36,649 nt of DNA. It comes from a virus. This document shows, one piece after another, positions 17,966-28,517 of the stretch. Numbering within the stretch: position 1 is the stretch's first letter; the number at the start of each line of letters is the position of its first letter. The translations under genes were made by a program, and so were the position numbers. The notes below the pieces were generated by a model. The model searched no databases. It was not told where the DNA came from and saw only the letters and a program-made list of their open reading frames with translations. The stretch lies in the IMG/VR virus record IMGVR_UViG_3300029793_000450, positions 1 to 36,649 of that record; one strand, written 5' to 3'.

Positions 17966-19168
17966 GTGAAAATATTTAATATATTAAAAAAAACAATAAA
18001 AGATGAAAGTATAACTGATGAAACAACAATTGATGATGTCTTATTAAAAGCCCTCATTGGTGGAGAAGATATTACTAGAAAAAAAGCATTAGACATTCCA
18101 ATTGTTAATAGTTGTGTAGGATTGATATGTGATACTTTTGCAACTATACCAATCAAGCTATATAAAAAAACAAAAAGTAATGGAGCAATAAAAGCTGAAG
18201 AAGTAACTGATGAAAGAGTAAAAATAATAAATAGTGATACAAAAGATACTTTAGATGGTTTTCAATTTAAAAGAGCTATTTGCGAAGATTATTTGCTAGG
18301 AAAAGGTGGCTATGCATTTATAAAGAGAAGTCGAAACAAATTCACAGGGTTAAATTATGTAGAAGAACAATATGTAACAATATTTAAAAATGTAGATAAA
18401 ATAGACAAATATTTTAAAATATTTGTAGATGGAAAAGAGTATGATAGCTACCAGTTCATAAAATTATTACGAAACACAAAAGACGGAGCTACAGGAGATG
18501 GAATGGTTAGCAGTATCAATAAATCGCTTCAATCTGCATATCAAAGAATATTACTTGAAAATGACTTAATGAAAACTTGCGGAAATAAAAAAGGATTTTT
18601 AAGGGCAATAAAACATTTAGATGAAAAGGCAATGGAAAAATTAAAAAGAGCGTGGAATGATTATTATGATGGAAATGCTAGTTGTATTATTTTGAATGAC
18701 GGAATGGAATTTAAAGAAGCATCTAACACTTCTGTTGAAAATCAATTAGATGAAAAAACAAAAACTTTTGCTGACGAAATTAAAGATTTATTTCGCATTA
18801 GAAGCAAATATGATGATTACATAAAAGAAGCGATAATTCCGATTACGACAGCCTTTTGCACATCTCTAAATAGAGATTTTCTACTCGAATCTGAAAAAGA
18901 AAACTATTATTTTGCAGCAGATTTAAATGAATTACTAAAAGGAAGCTTAAATGAAAGATATGAAGCTTATAAAACAGCAATCGAAATGGGAATATTATCT
19001 AGAAATGAAGTTAGATACAAAGAAAACTTGAATAAAGTTAATGGATTAGATACTTACAGCTTCAGTTTAGGCGATGTATTATTAGATCCTCAAACAGGCA
19101 ATATTTATACACCTAATACAGATAGTACAAAAAAAGCAGGAGGAGGTGAGAATAAAATTGAAAAATAG
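17966..19168 (+). CDS. Phage portal protein (HK97-type)
   Basis: Size, position and portal-type sequence (IPIVNSCVGLICDTFATIPIKLY). Confidence 0.9.
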   Translation: MKIFNILKKTIKDESITDETTIDDVLLKALIGGEDITRKKALDIPIVNSCVGLICDTFATIPIKLYKKTKSNGAIKAEEVTDERVKIINSDTKDTLDGFQFKRAICEDYLLGKGGYAFIKRSRNKFTGLNYVEEQYVTIFKNVDKIDKYFKIFVDGKEYDSYQFIKLLRNTKDGATGDGMVSSINKSLQSAYQRILLENDLMKTCGNKKGFLRAIKHLDEKAMEKLKRAWNDYYDGNASCIILNDGMEFKEASNTSVENQLDEKTKTFADEIKDLFRIRSKYDDYIKEAIIPITTAFCTSLNRDFLLESEKENYYFAADLNELLKGSLNERYEAYKTAIEMGILSRNEVRYKENLNKVNGLDTYSFSLGDVLLDPQTGNIYTPNTDSTKKAGGGENKIEK

Positions 19169-19874
19169 ATTTTATGAAATAAAGAATATAATACCAAATG
19201 TATGTGCTGATTTATACATATATGGCGAAATAGTGACAGATGATGTGGATTGGTGGACTGGCGAAAAAGATAAAAATTTAATTGGATTACAAAGTTTTAA
19301 AGAAGAACTTGATAATTTAGGAACGATATCTGACTTAAATATTTATATGAATACACCTGGCGGAGAAGTTTTTGTTGCAACTACAATATGTAGTATGTTG
19401 CAAAGATTAAAAGACGCTGGAACAAAAATTCATACATACGTTGATGGATTATGTGCAAGCGCAGGAACATTTATTTTGATGATGGGCGATGATATAAACA
19501 TATATGAAAATTCAGTAGTAATGATACACAAGCCAATCAGCTGCTGTTATGGAAATGCTTTGGATTTTCAAAAAGGCATAGATGTTTTGAACACAATAGA
19601 AAATAGCACAATGATACCGCTTTATATGAAAAAAGCAAAAGTTGATGAAGAAAAAGTAAAAGAATTAATCAATGCAGAAAGTTGGCTTGGAGCAGAAGAG
19701 ACAGATAAAACATTTGATGTTAATTTAATAAAAGAACAAAAACAAGTTGCAGCATGTGCTTCAAAATTATTTAAGAAATACAAGAATGTTCCTAAACGAT
19801 TAAGGAATGTGACAGAAAAGCCAAAATTTGACTATTCAGATTTTGAAAAAAGATTATTTAGTATAAAAAAATAA
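19146..19874 (+). CDS. ClpP-like head maturation protease
   Basis: NTPGGEVFVATTI, VDGLCASAGTFILMMG. Confidence 0.93.
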   Translation: MRIKLKNRFYEIKNIIPNVCADLYIYGEIVTDDVDWWTGEKDKNLIGLQSFKEELDNLGTISDLNIYMNTPGGEVFVATTICSMLQRLKDAGTKIHTYVDGLCASAGTFILMMGDDINIYENSVVMIHKPISCCYGNALDFQKGIDVLNTIENSTMIPLYMKKAKVDEEKVKELINAESWLGAEETDKTFDVNLIKEQKQVAACASKLFKKYKNVPKRLRNVTEKPKFDYSDFEKRLFSIKK

Positions 19875-19938
19875 CAAAACAACTATATTCTAGTTGTTTT
19901 TTATTTTATAAGAAATTAAAAAAAGGAAGGTAAAAAAT

Positions 19939-21105
19939 ATGAACGAAAAAGCATTAAAAGAAAGAAGAAATGAATTACAAGATAAAATGGAAAACATTTT
20001 AAACTTGGCAAAAGAAGAAGGAAGAGAAATGAACGATGAAGAAATCGAAAATTTCGACAGAATGGAAAAAGAAATAAAAAATATTGATGAAACTTTAGCA
20101 AGAGCTGAAAGAATTGCAAAAATAGGAAGAATGGAAGTAACAGATAAAGGATTAACAGAAGAAGAAAGAGATATTAAGAACTTTGCAGCTTATATTAGAG
20201 CACAAGCAGGTAAGATTCAAAATGCAGAAACTCAATTGACTAAAGGAGACAATGGAGCAGTTATACCTAAAACTATTGTACAAAAAATTATAGAAAAAGT
20301 CGAAGATATATGTCCAATTTATCAATTGTCAACAAAATATCCAATAGGAGGAACAATAAGCATACCTAAAGAAGATGAAAGCTCTGATGCTATAACAGTA
20401 GCTTATGCAACTGAATTTACTGATTTAACAAGTCATTCGGCAAAAACAGGTAGTATAGAACTAACTGGATTCTTATATGGAGCATTAACAAAAATTTCAA
20501 AATCTTTGTTAAAAAATTCAGATTTTAAATTAACTGAATACGTTATAAATAAAATGTCTAAAAAAATTGCAAAATTTTTAGAAGGAGAATTATTAAATGG
20601 AACAACAAGCAAAGTTTCAGGGGTTGTGGGTTCTTACGATTCAACAAACATGAAAGTTGTTCTTGCAAAAAAATCATCAATAACTGCAGATGAATTAATA
20701 GATATACAAGAGTTAGTTCCTGATGTTTATGCAACAGATGCAATTTGGGTAATGAATAAAGCAACAAGAAAAATAATAAGAAAACTTAAAGATGGACAAG
20801 GAAATTATTTATTAGAAAAAGATTCGACAGCTAGATGGAATTATAAATTGATGGGAAATGATGTTTATTGTTCTGATAATTTAAAACCTTTAGGAACTGC
20901 ATCAACACCTGTAGTAATGTTTGGAGATTTTTCTGGATTAGCAGTAAAAGAATCTGAACAATCTGAGATTCAAATTTTAAATGAATTATATGCTGCTCAA
21001 CATGCAATTGGCGTTGTTGTATGGGGAGAAATAGATGCAAAAGTAGAAGATACACAAAAAATAGCAGTAGCTGTGTCAGGAGCAGCAGACACAGAAGGCA
21101 AATAA
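19939..21105 (+). CDS. Major capsid protein (HK97 fold)
   Basis: Coiled-coil delta domain plus HK97-like capsid after the protease. Confidence 0.93.
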   Translation: MNEKALKERRNELQDKMENILNLAKEEGREMNDEEIENFDRMEKEIKNIDETLARAERIAKIGRMEVTDKGLTEEERDIKNFAAYIRAQAGKIQNAETQLTKGDNGAVIPKTIVQKIIEKVEDICPIYQLSTKYPIGGTISIPKEDESSDAITVAYATEFTDLTSHSAKTGSIELTGFLYGALTKISKSLLKNSDFKLTEYVINKMSKKIAKFLEGELLNGTTSKVSGVVGSYDSTNMKVVLAKKSSITADELIDIQELVPDVYATDAIWVMNKATRKIIRKLKDGQGNYLLEKDSTARWNYKLMGNDVYCSDNLKPLGTASTPVVMFGDFSGLAVKESEQSEIQILNELYAAQHAIGVVVWGEIDAKVEDTQKIAVAVSGAADTEGK

Positions 21106-21128
21106 CTTCCTAAGAAGGAGGACGAGCT

Positions 21129-21443
21129 ATGAAAGCAAGTGAGATAACTGCAAATGAAATTGCTAATTATTTAAGATTAGAAAGTGTAGACGAGTCTTTA
21201 AAAAAAGACTTGTCTACATTGTTAGAAGTAGCCATAAACTATATTGAAAATTATACTGGTATATCAAGAAAAAAAGAGGGAGAAGATCAAGAAGAAACAC
21301 TTGACACTTATTCTGATTTTGTAATAGTTATTTATATTCTTTGTCAAGATATGTATGATAATAGATGTCTATATGTTGACAAAACAAATACAAATAAAAC
21401 AGTACAAACGATTTTAGATATGCATACGAGGAATAATTTATGA
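21129..21443 (+). CDS. Head-tail connector (gp6-like)
   Basis: LSTLLEVAINYIENYTGISRKK...FVIVIYILCQDMYDNR. Confidence 0.8.
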   Translation: MKASEITANEIANYLRLESVDESLKKDLSTLLEVAINYIENYTGISRKKEGEDQEETLDTYSDFVIVIYILCQDMYDNRCLYVDKTNTNKTVQTILDMHTRNNL

Positions 21444-21787
21444 TAAATGCAGGAGATTATAATAAAAAAATAAAAATATTCGCTTTTAAAAAAGAAGAAG
21501 ACGGAGAAGGATTCAAAGAAAAGGCTGAAGAAGAAATTATTTTAGAGCCCTACGCAAAAATTAAGACTACAAAAGGTTTTACATTGATAGCTAACAATAC
21601 GGACTTTGAAAAAGCTTATACAAATTTTACTATTAGATATTCTAAAAAAGTTGAAGAAACTTACTATAAATTAAATAGAAAAATAAATATTGAATATAAA
21701 GGAAAAACATATACAATAGAATATCTAAATAATGTAGATGAGGCAAACGTAGAACTTGAAATGCAATGTAAGAGAGTAACAAAATAA
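21440..21787 (+). CDS. Head closure/head-tail adaptor
   Basis: MINAGDYNKKIKIFAFKKEEDGEGF. Confidence 0.75.
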   Translation: MINAGDYNKKIKIFAFKKEEDGEGFKEKAEEEIILEPYAKIKTTKGFTLIANNTDFEKAYTNFTIRYSKKVEETYYKLNRKINIEYKGKTYTIEYLNNVDEANVELEMQCKRVTK

Positions 21788-22215
21788 TGGCAAATTTTGA
21801 AGAAGAATTACCAAGAGAGCTAATTAAACAATTCGAAGGGCTTGAAGACAATGCAACAGAAATGATGAAAGAAATGACGAAAGTTGGAGCAGATATAGTA
21901 TACAAGAACGTTAAGTCTAACATGAAAAAATCATTTAAAACAACAAAAGCACTAGAAAAAGGTCTAAGAATTACAAAAGTTTATCGTACATCTAATGATG
22001 AAATAGCAAGTAAAATTGCTTTTTACGGATACGATAAAGAAAAAAAGAGCAAACAATATCCGAGCGGTGTGCCAATTCCACTAATTGCTCTTGCAAGAGA
22101 ATATGGAACTAGTTCTGGAGAAAAAAAGAAGCCTTTTTTTAGAAAATCATTTAAAAAAAAGGAAATCGAGGATGCAATGTTAAAAATACAAGAAAAATAT
22201 CTGCCGAAGGAGTAA
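21787..22215 (+). CDS. HK97 gp10-like tail completion protein
   Basis: EELPRELIKQFEGLEDNATEMMKEMTKVGADIVYKNVKSN. Confidence 0.8.
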   Translation: MANFEEELPRELIKQFEGLEDNATEMMKEMTKVGADIVYKNVKSNMKKSFKTTKALEKGLRITKVYRTSNDEIASKIAFYGYDKEKKSKQYPSGVPIPLIALAREYGTSSGEKKKPFFRKSFKKKEIEDAMLKIQEKYLPKE

Positions 22216-22218
22216 AAA

Positions 22219-22566
22219 ATGAATGAAGAATTAAAAAAAATATTTTCAAAATTAGAAGTGAATAAAAATCTCATAGAAACAGCACATATAGAGTACACAG
22301 GGAAAAGCAAAACTTATGTAGTATGGACTTTGTTAGAAGAAGAACCAGAACTAAGCGGAGATGACGAAGAATTATATACAAAGACACCAGTAGACATAGA
22401 TATTTATAGCGATGGCAATTATTTAGCAATAATGAAAGAAATAAAAAAAATAATGAAAGAAAACGAATGGATTTGGACAGGTGACAGTGAAGAAATGTAT
22501 GAAAAAGATACAGGACTATATCATCGAACAGTTACATTCGAGAAAGAAGGTATAATAAATGGCTAG
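22219..22566 (+). CDS. Tail terminator-like protein
   Basis: Position and size. Confidence 0.6.
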   Translation: MNEELKKIFSKLEVNKNLIETAHIEYTGKSKTYVVWTLLEEEPELSGDDEELYTKTPVDIDIYSDGNYLAIMKEIKKIMKENEWIWTGDSEEMYEKDTGLYHRTVTFEKEGIING

Positions 22567-23146
22567 TATAGGTTTAAAAAAAGGAAAATATAATAAAATA
22601 GACGCAACAACAAAGAAATATAAGACTCTTACGGATTCACAAGTGCCAACTCTACCTAAGATGGTAGAAAGTAAATTTTCGCCAGAATATAATTCTGCTG
22701 AACTTTATGGGGATGATGCGCTTGCAGAAAGTGATTACAGTTTCAAAAAAGGCACTTTGTCAATTGTAGTTACTGATGATAAAGATACTGTTTGTGCTGA
22801 GTTGTTGGGAAACGATGTATCAGAAGAAGATGAAGTAACTTCAACTGTAAATGATACTGCACCAGAGTGTGGATTTGGACACGTTGTTCCTAAAATAATA
22901 GATGGCGTAAAAAAATGGAAAGTAGAGTTCTTTCCAAGAGTAAAATTCACAAAAATAACAACAGATAGAAAGACAAGAGGAGAGAGTGTTGAATTTGCTA
23001 CTACTAATATAGAAGCAACAGTATTTCCTTTGTCAGAAGAAATGAATGGTTTTTCGGCAGGAACTTGGGAAAAACACAAAACTTTAGACACAGAAGCAGC
23101 AGCAATACAATATCTAGACACACTTTTAACACCAGCAACTAACTAG
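22559..23146 (+). CDS. Major tail protein
   Basis: MASIGLKKGKYNKIDATTKKYKTLTD...; syntenic position. Confidence 0.85.
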   Translation: MASIGLKKGKYNKIDATTKKYKTLTDSQVPTLPKMVESKFSPEYNSAELYGDDALAESDYSFKKGTLSIVVTDDKDTVCAELLGNDVSEEDEVTSTVNDTAPECGFGHVVPKIIDGVKKWKVEFFPRVKFTKITTDRKTRGESVEFATTNIEATVFPLSEEMNGFSAGTWEKHKTLDTEAAAIQYLDTLLTPATN

Positions 23147-23157
23147 GAGGAAAAAAC

Positions 23158-23298
23158 ATGAAAGTAAGATGTAAAACTCAATGTCAGAAAGATAGAAAGA
23201 TACTGTTTAAAGTCAATGAAGAATATGACATAGATAAAGAAATGTATCAAAAGAATAAAGAATTTTTTGAAAAAATAAAAGAAAATAATAAGGAATAG
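23158..23298 (+). CDS. Small hypothetical protein
   Basis: RBS TAGGAGG; MKVRCKTQCQKDRKILFKVNEEYDIDKEMYQKNKEFFEKIKENNKE. Confidence 0.5.
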   Translation: MKVRCKTQCQKDRKILFKVNEEYDIDKEMYQKNKEFFEKIKENNKE

Positions 23299-23338
23299 GC
23301 TTGGTGTACTATTCCTTATTTAATAGGAGGATAAAGCT

Positions 23339-23913
23339 ATGAAAGATGTAATATCTCATTTCACGGTAAATGAAAAAACATACCCATTAGCATTCACTTT
23401 AAATGTTTTAGAAGAAATACAAGAAGAATATGGTTCTTATGAAGAGTGGGGAAGATTAACAGACAGTAAAGAAAAGGAAGTTAATATAAAGGCTTTGAAA
23501 TTTGGAATTAAGGCGATGATCAACGAAGGAATAGACATTGAAAATGAAAACAAAGAAGAAAAACAAGCATTTGTAGATAGCAAACTTGTAGGAAGAATAA
23601 TTACAGACTTAGGCTTAAAAGAAATAGCAGAAAAAGCAAACGAAGTAGTAATAAATTCTACTAAAGTAGAAGACACACAAAAAAACGCGTAATCCACGAG
23701 GAAGAAAATTACAAAATTGATTTCTCGTGGATTTTGTTTATTGGACATTGCTTATTAGGATTTTCTCGAAAGGAAGTAGGGCGAATGACATTAAGCAAAT
23801 TATTAAAATTATATAAACACTATAAAATAAATTATGATTTTCAGTTATCAAAGAAAAGATATAGTGAATTAGAAGAGGAAATTGCACACGAAGGCGAATG
23901 GCTTTCAGATTAG
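23339..23913 (+). CDS. Tail assembly chaperone: short form 23339-23692, -1 frameshift fusion to 23913 (gpG/gpGT-like)
   Basis: Slippery A AAA AAC at 23680-23686 in canonical phase. The -1 frame continues KRVIHEEENYKIDFSWILFIGHCLLGFSRKEVGRMTLSKLLKLYKHYKINYDFQLSKKRYSELEEEIAHEGEWLSD. Located between major tail protein and tape measure. Confidence 0.88.
23693..23731 (+). promoter_or_regulatory. Hairpin downstream of the -1 slippery site
   Basis: Perfect 8-bp arms TCCACGAG (23693-23700) and CTCGTGGA (23724-23731), 7 nt after the slippery heptamer. Confidence 0.75.
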
Positions 23914-23922
23914 GAGCTCAAA

Positions 23923-24072
23923 ATGGAAAAAATAAAATGTCCACAATGTGGATTAACGTTAATTTTTGCAAATTATATTGATGCAGAAATTAAGTGTAAT
24001 AGATGTAAACAAATAATTAGAATACAAAAAGAAAAGAGCGAGGAACACGCACAAGTAAACAATGTGAAGTAG
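23923..24072 (+). CDS. Com-like zinc-ribbon protein
   Basis: MEKIKCPQCGLTLIFANYIDAEIKCNRCKQIIRI. Confidence 0.6.
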   Translation: MEKIKCPQCGLTLIFANYIDAEIKCNRCKQIIRIQKEKSEEHAQVNNVK

Positions 24073-24109
24073 TTACCCAAAGCCTTTCTTTATTTTATAG
24101 ATAAAGAAG

Positions 24110-26314
24110 GTGAATATGTTGGGAAAAAGTTTTGGTGGATCTGTGAAGCTTTCTGGAGAAAGTGAATATAGAAAGGCACTTAGAGATATAACAAGTTCTC
24201 TAAAAGAAGTTTCTAGTGAATTAAAGCTTACAAACATTCAATTTACAAATGGAGAAAAAACTGTAAAAGAAACAAAAACAAGTTATGATAGTGCAAATAA
24301 CACAATTAAAGAGCAAAGAGAAAAAGTTAATGAATTACGAGAAACTTTAAAACAAGCAGAAAAGCAATATGGCTCTAACAATGAAAAAGTAAAATTGTTT
24401 AAAACACAATTAAATAATGCAGAGTCACAATTGGCTTCAATGGAAGAACAAACAGATAAGAGTACAAAAGAAATAAAAGAAATGAAAAAAGGTTTCGATG
24501 ATGCTGGAAGCGGAGCATTGAAATTTGGAGATATCTTAAAAGCAAATGTTTTAAGTGAAGCAATAGTTTCAGGAATTAAAAAATTAGGCAGTGTAGTAAA
24601 AGAAGTGGGTTCTGCATTTATCAAAATTGGAAAACAAGCATTAGATAGCTATGCTGATTACGAACAATTAGTAGGTGGTGTTGAAACTTTATTTAAAGAC
24701 AATGCAAGTACAGTAGAAAACTATGCAAATAATGCATATAAAACAGCAGGACTTTCAGCAAACGAATACATGGAGACTGTAACAGCCTTTTCTGCTAGTT
24801 TATTACAAAGTTTAAATGGAGATACAGCAAAATCAGCAGAAGTTGCAGATATGGCAATTACTGATATGGCAGATAATGCAAACAAAATGGGTACTTCTAT
24901 GGATATGATACAAAATGCATATCAAGGATTTGCGAAGCAGAATTATACAATGCTTGACAACCTTAAACTGGGATATGGTGGCACTAAAACAGAAATGGAA
25001 AGACTTCTTGCTGATGCACAAAAAATTTCAGGAGTAAAATATGATATTAGTAACTTAAACGATGTATATCAAGCAATACATGTAATTCAAGGTGAATTAG
25101 GAATAACTGGAACAACTGCCAAAGAGGCAAGTACAACAATTCAAGGTTCCGTTTCGGCAATGAAATCTGCTTGGTCTAATATGTTAACAGGAATAGCAGA
25201 TGATAATGCAGACTTTGATGGGTTAGTAAACAATCTGGTTGAAAGTATTGGAACGGCAGCAGAGAACATAATGCCACGAGTTCAAATCATTATAGATGGA
25301 GTAATTGCTTTAGTTGGTCAATTGGGTGAAAAAATAGTGGAGCATCTTCCAGAAATACTAGAAACGTGTTCAAATATATTTACACAAATAATTGACAGCA
25401 TAGGAACTTTTGCTCCACAAATAGGTGTAGCAGCTTTTCAAATAGTAAATGCATTAATAACTGGAATTGCATCTAATTTGCCAGCTATTTTAGAGGCAGG
25501 AATAGAGTTGCTAGTTGAATTAATAACTGGAATTTCACAGACATTGCCACAGCTAATTCCAGTTATGGTTGATGCTATATTAACTATGGCAGAAACATTA
25601 ATAGATAATATTGACACAATAATTGAAGCAGGAATAGAACTTATTATTGCTTTAGCAGAAGGACTTATAGAAGCATTACCTAAATTAATAGAGAAAATTC
25701 CAACAATAATAGAAAAACTTGTAACTAAACTAACAAATCCAGAAATGATAGGAAAAATTATACAGGCGGCAGCTAGATTAATCGTAGAGCTTGGGATTGG
25801 ATTAATAAAAGCAATTCCTCAATTACTATCTAAAATTCCACAAATAATAAGCACAATTGTTAAAGGACTTATGAATGGAGTAAGAAGCTTGAAAGATGTA
25901 GGAAAGAATTTACTAAAAGGATTGTGGGAAGGAATGTCAGGGCTTGGAACATGGCTTTGGAATAAAGTAAAAGGAATGTTAAATGGATTAACTGATAAAA
26001 TTAAGAATTTCTTTGGAATACATTCTCCATCTACTTTATTTAAAGATGAGATAGGAGAAAATTTGGCACTAGGTTTAGGCGAGGGCTTTACAGATACAAT
26101 GAAAAACGTAACGACAGATATGCAAAATGCAATTCCAACAGAATTTGACACTTCGATGGAAATCAATTCAACAAAAAACATAGAAACAAATCAAAACAAT
26201 AACAGTTATTTAGTACAAGCTTTAAAAGAAGCATTAAAAGAAATGAAAGTAGAACTAAATGACAGAGAAGTGGGAAATTTTGTTGACTCTAAACTTGCAG
26301 AGGCGGTGTATTAA
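24110..26314 (+). CDS. Tail tape measure protein
   Basis: 734 aa, N-terminal coiled coil, hydrophobic repeats, KVKGMLNGLTDKIKNFFGIHSPSTLFKDEIGENLALGLGEGF. Confidence 0.92.
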   Translation: MNMLGKSFGGSVKLSGESEYRKALRDITSSLKEVSSELKLTNIQFTNGEKTVKETKTSYDSANNTIKEQREKVNELRETLKQAEKQYGSNNEKVKLFKTQLNNAESQLASMEEQTDKSTKEIKEMKKGFDDAGSGALKFGDILKANVLSEAIVSGIKKLGSVVKEVGSAFIKIGKQALDSYADYEQLVGGVETLFKDNASTVENYANNAYKTAGLSANEYMETVTAFSASLLQSLNGDTAKSAEVADMAITDMADNANKMGTSMDMIQNAYQGFAKQNYTMLDNLKLGYGGTKTEMERLLADAQKISGVKYDISNLNDVYQAIHVIQGELGITGTTAKEASTTIQGSVSAMKSAWSNMLTGIADDNADFDGLVNNLVESIGTAAENIMPRVQIIIDGVIALVGQLGEKIVEHLPEILETCSNIFTQIIDSIGTFAPQIGVAAFQIVNALITGIASNLPAILEAGIELLVELITGISQTLPQLIPVMVDAILTMAETLIDNIDTIIEAGIELIIALAEGLIEALPKLIEKIPTIIEKLVTKLTNPEMIGKIIQAAARLIVELGIGLIKAIPQLLSKIPQIISTIVKGLMNGVRSLKDVGKNLLKGLWEGMSGLGTWLWNKVKGMLNGLTDKIKNFFGIHSPSTLFKDEIGENLALGLGEGFTDTMKNVTTDMQNAIPTEFDTSMEINSTKNIETNQNNNSYLVQALKEALKEMKVELNDREVGNFVDSKLAEAVY

Positions 26315-26317
26315 AAT

Positions 26318-28517
26318 ATGATTTTTAAAAATATAAATAGCGAGGATATATCAGGACTAATAATATGTTCAGAACCACCAATTTCTAGCTCTGCTATAAG
26401 AACAAAAGAAACAACGATAGATGGAAGAGACGGAGCTATTGTCGAAAAATTAGGATATAAAACTCGTATAAGAAATGTAGAAATAGGATTAAAAAAAGAT
26501 GCTAATGTTGATAAAATACTTTCATATTTTAGTGGGGAAGGAGATTTAATCTTTAAAAATGAAAATGACAAAGTATATAAAGCAGCGATTTATGAACAAG
26601 TAGATTTAGAAAGATTATTAAGACTAAGAAAGGGCTCAGTAGCATTTTACTGTCAGCCATTCAAATATAAAAGAAATGATATATTTGAAACAATAAAAGA
26701 TAATAAAGTAAAAGAAAAAAAAGGAGAATATTTAGAACTACTAAATTGTGCAGAACAAAATGTTGTAGATTTAAAGCTTGAAGGCTCAACAACTCAAGCT
26801 ACAAGAAGTGGAAAGAATATATTTAATAAGAAAGCTGAAATAAGATTGAATGGCGCAACTAAAAGTGTGCTTGACACTGGTGTAAGAATAACGCAAACGC
26901 ATGAAGGACAGTATAGGTATTGTGCCATAAAGTTAGGCGGTTCAAAACTTTTAGGCAAAACATTAAGAATAAGTACTAATTGGACAAAGAGTTCTAACAA
27001 TACTCCATGTATTGCTATATATTTTGGTAATTCTTCTAATATGGCACTTTATAGGATTTTTGCTATGACAATTTCAAATCGGACAAACAACAATACCTAG
27101 TGCATTTCCTACCTTAGTAAATGGAGAAGTTTGCGATACAGTTTATATTTTATTATATAGTAATAATGATGGCACAGGAAATGTTGGAGACTATGTAGAT
27201 TATACAGATTTAATAGTAACAGTAGACAATGACGATATGACCTATGAAGATTACGGAACTTCACCTTCCCCAGACTACCCAAGTGAGATAGAGAATATTG
27301 AAGGGAATATAGAGATAAAAGATGTAGGAGAGAATTTATTTAATCCTAGCAATGCAAAAGATGGATATGTTTCTGACAAATCGGGTCAAATTATAAGTGT
27401 TAATATAAAAAATAAAAATACTGGCTATATTAAAATTGATGGTGAAGAAAAATACTTTATTCTATCTAATAAATTAACAGGAAATTGGGGAGCTTGGTAC
27501 GACAAAGATAAAAAATTCATATCAGGAATTACCTTAGGAGATAAAAACAAAAGAATAGTTACAGCACCTAACAATGCATATTTTATCAATTTTACTGTAT
27601 CGTATGAAAACAATAATCCTGATTATGCAAATAATGTAATGATAGCTAGAAGCGATAAAGAAATACCATACAAACCATACCAGGAGCAAAAAGTGACATT
27701 CCCATTAGTAGAAGGACAAAAACTAATGAAAGGAAGTTACTTGGCAAGTGATGGAATACATAATAAGAGGAAACAAGTTATTTTAGATGGTAGTGAACGT
27801 TGGGTTGTAGATAAAGAATTAACAAATACAATAAGGGTTTATAGTAATGAATTTCTAACAAAAGGAAAATCTGTAAATGCTTTATGTAATTATTTTGAAA
27901 CAGTAAGCAGTGCTTATACGATTAATACTGTAGATAAAGAAGCACTTATGGTTATTAACACTACTCAAATAGCAGTTAGAATTAACAAAACAAGAGCTAA
28001 AACAGTAAGCGAATTTAAAGCGTATCTATCAGAACAATACTCAAACGGTACACCTGTAATCGTCGAATACGAACTAGCAGCAGAAGAAATAGTACCTTAT
28101 ACAGAAGAACAACAAGAGGCTTATAATCAATTGCAAAAACTGAAATTATATAAAGGTCAAAATACAATGTTTAGTATGGAAGGTAGTATCATAAATTTAA
28201 AATATCTAGAAGATACGGATGAAAAGGTTGAAAATCAAGGTAATATATATAGTAAGCCAATAATCAGATTAGAGAAAACTGTATTTAAAGAAGTAGAAAT
28301 TGCAATAAATGGCATCAGATTCAAGTATAATTTTGAAGAAGATGACTATGTAGAAATAGACTGCGAAGAAATGACAGTACAGTATGAAGGACTAGATAGA
28401 AACAGGAGGCTAGTTATAGATTTCGAATTTCCAAAACTAAAAGAGGGAAATAATGATATTATAATGTACAACGGGGACTGTATAATAAAATGCAAAAGAA
28501 AGGATAGATGGTTATGA
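26318..28517 (+). CDS. Distal tail (Dit-like) protein with +1 (CGGA) junction at 27080
   Basis: Zero frame stops at 27100 after ...MTISNRTNNNT. The +1 frame reads ...MTISN[G]QTTIPSAFPTLVNGEVCDTVYILLYSNNDGTGNVGDYVDYTDLIVTVDNDDMTYEDYGTSPSPDYPSEIE..., continuing through the 27237-28517 ORF. Confidence 0.85.
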
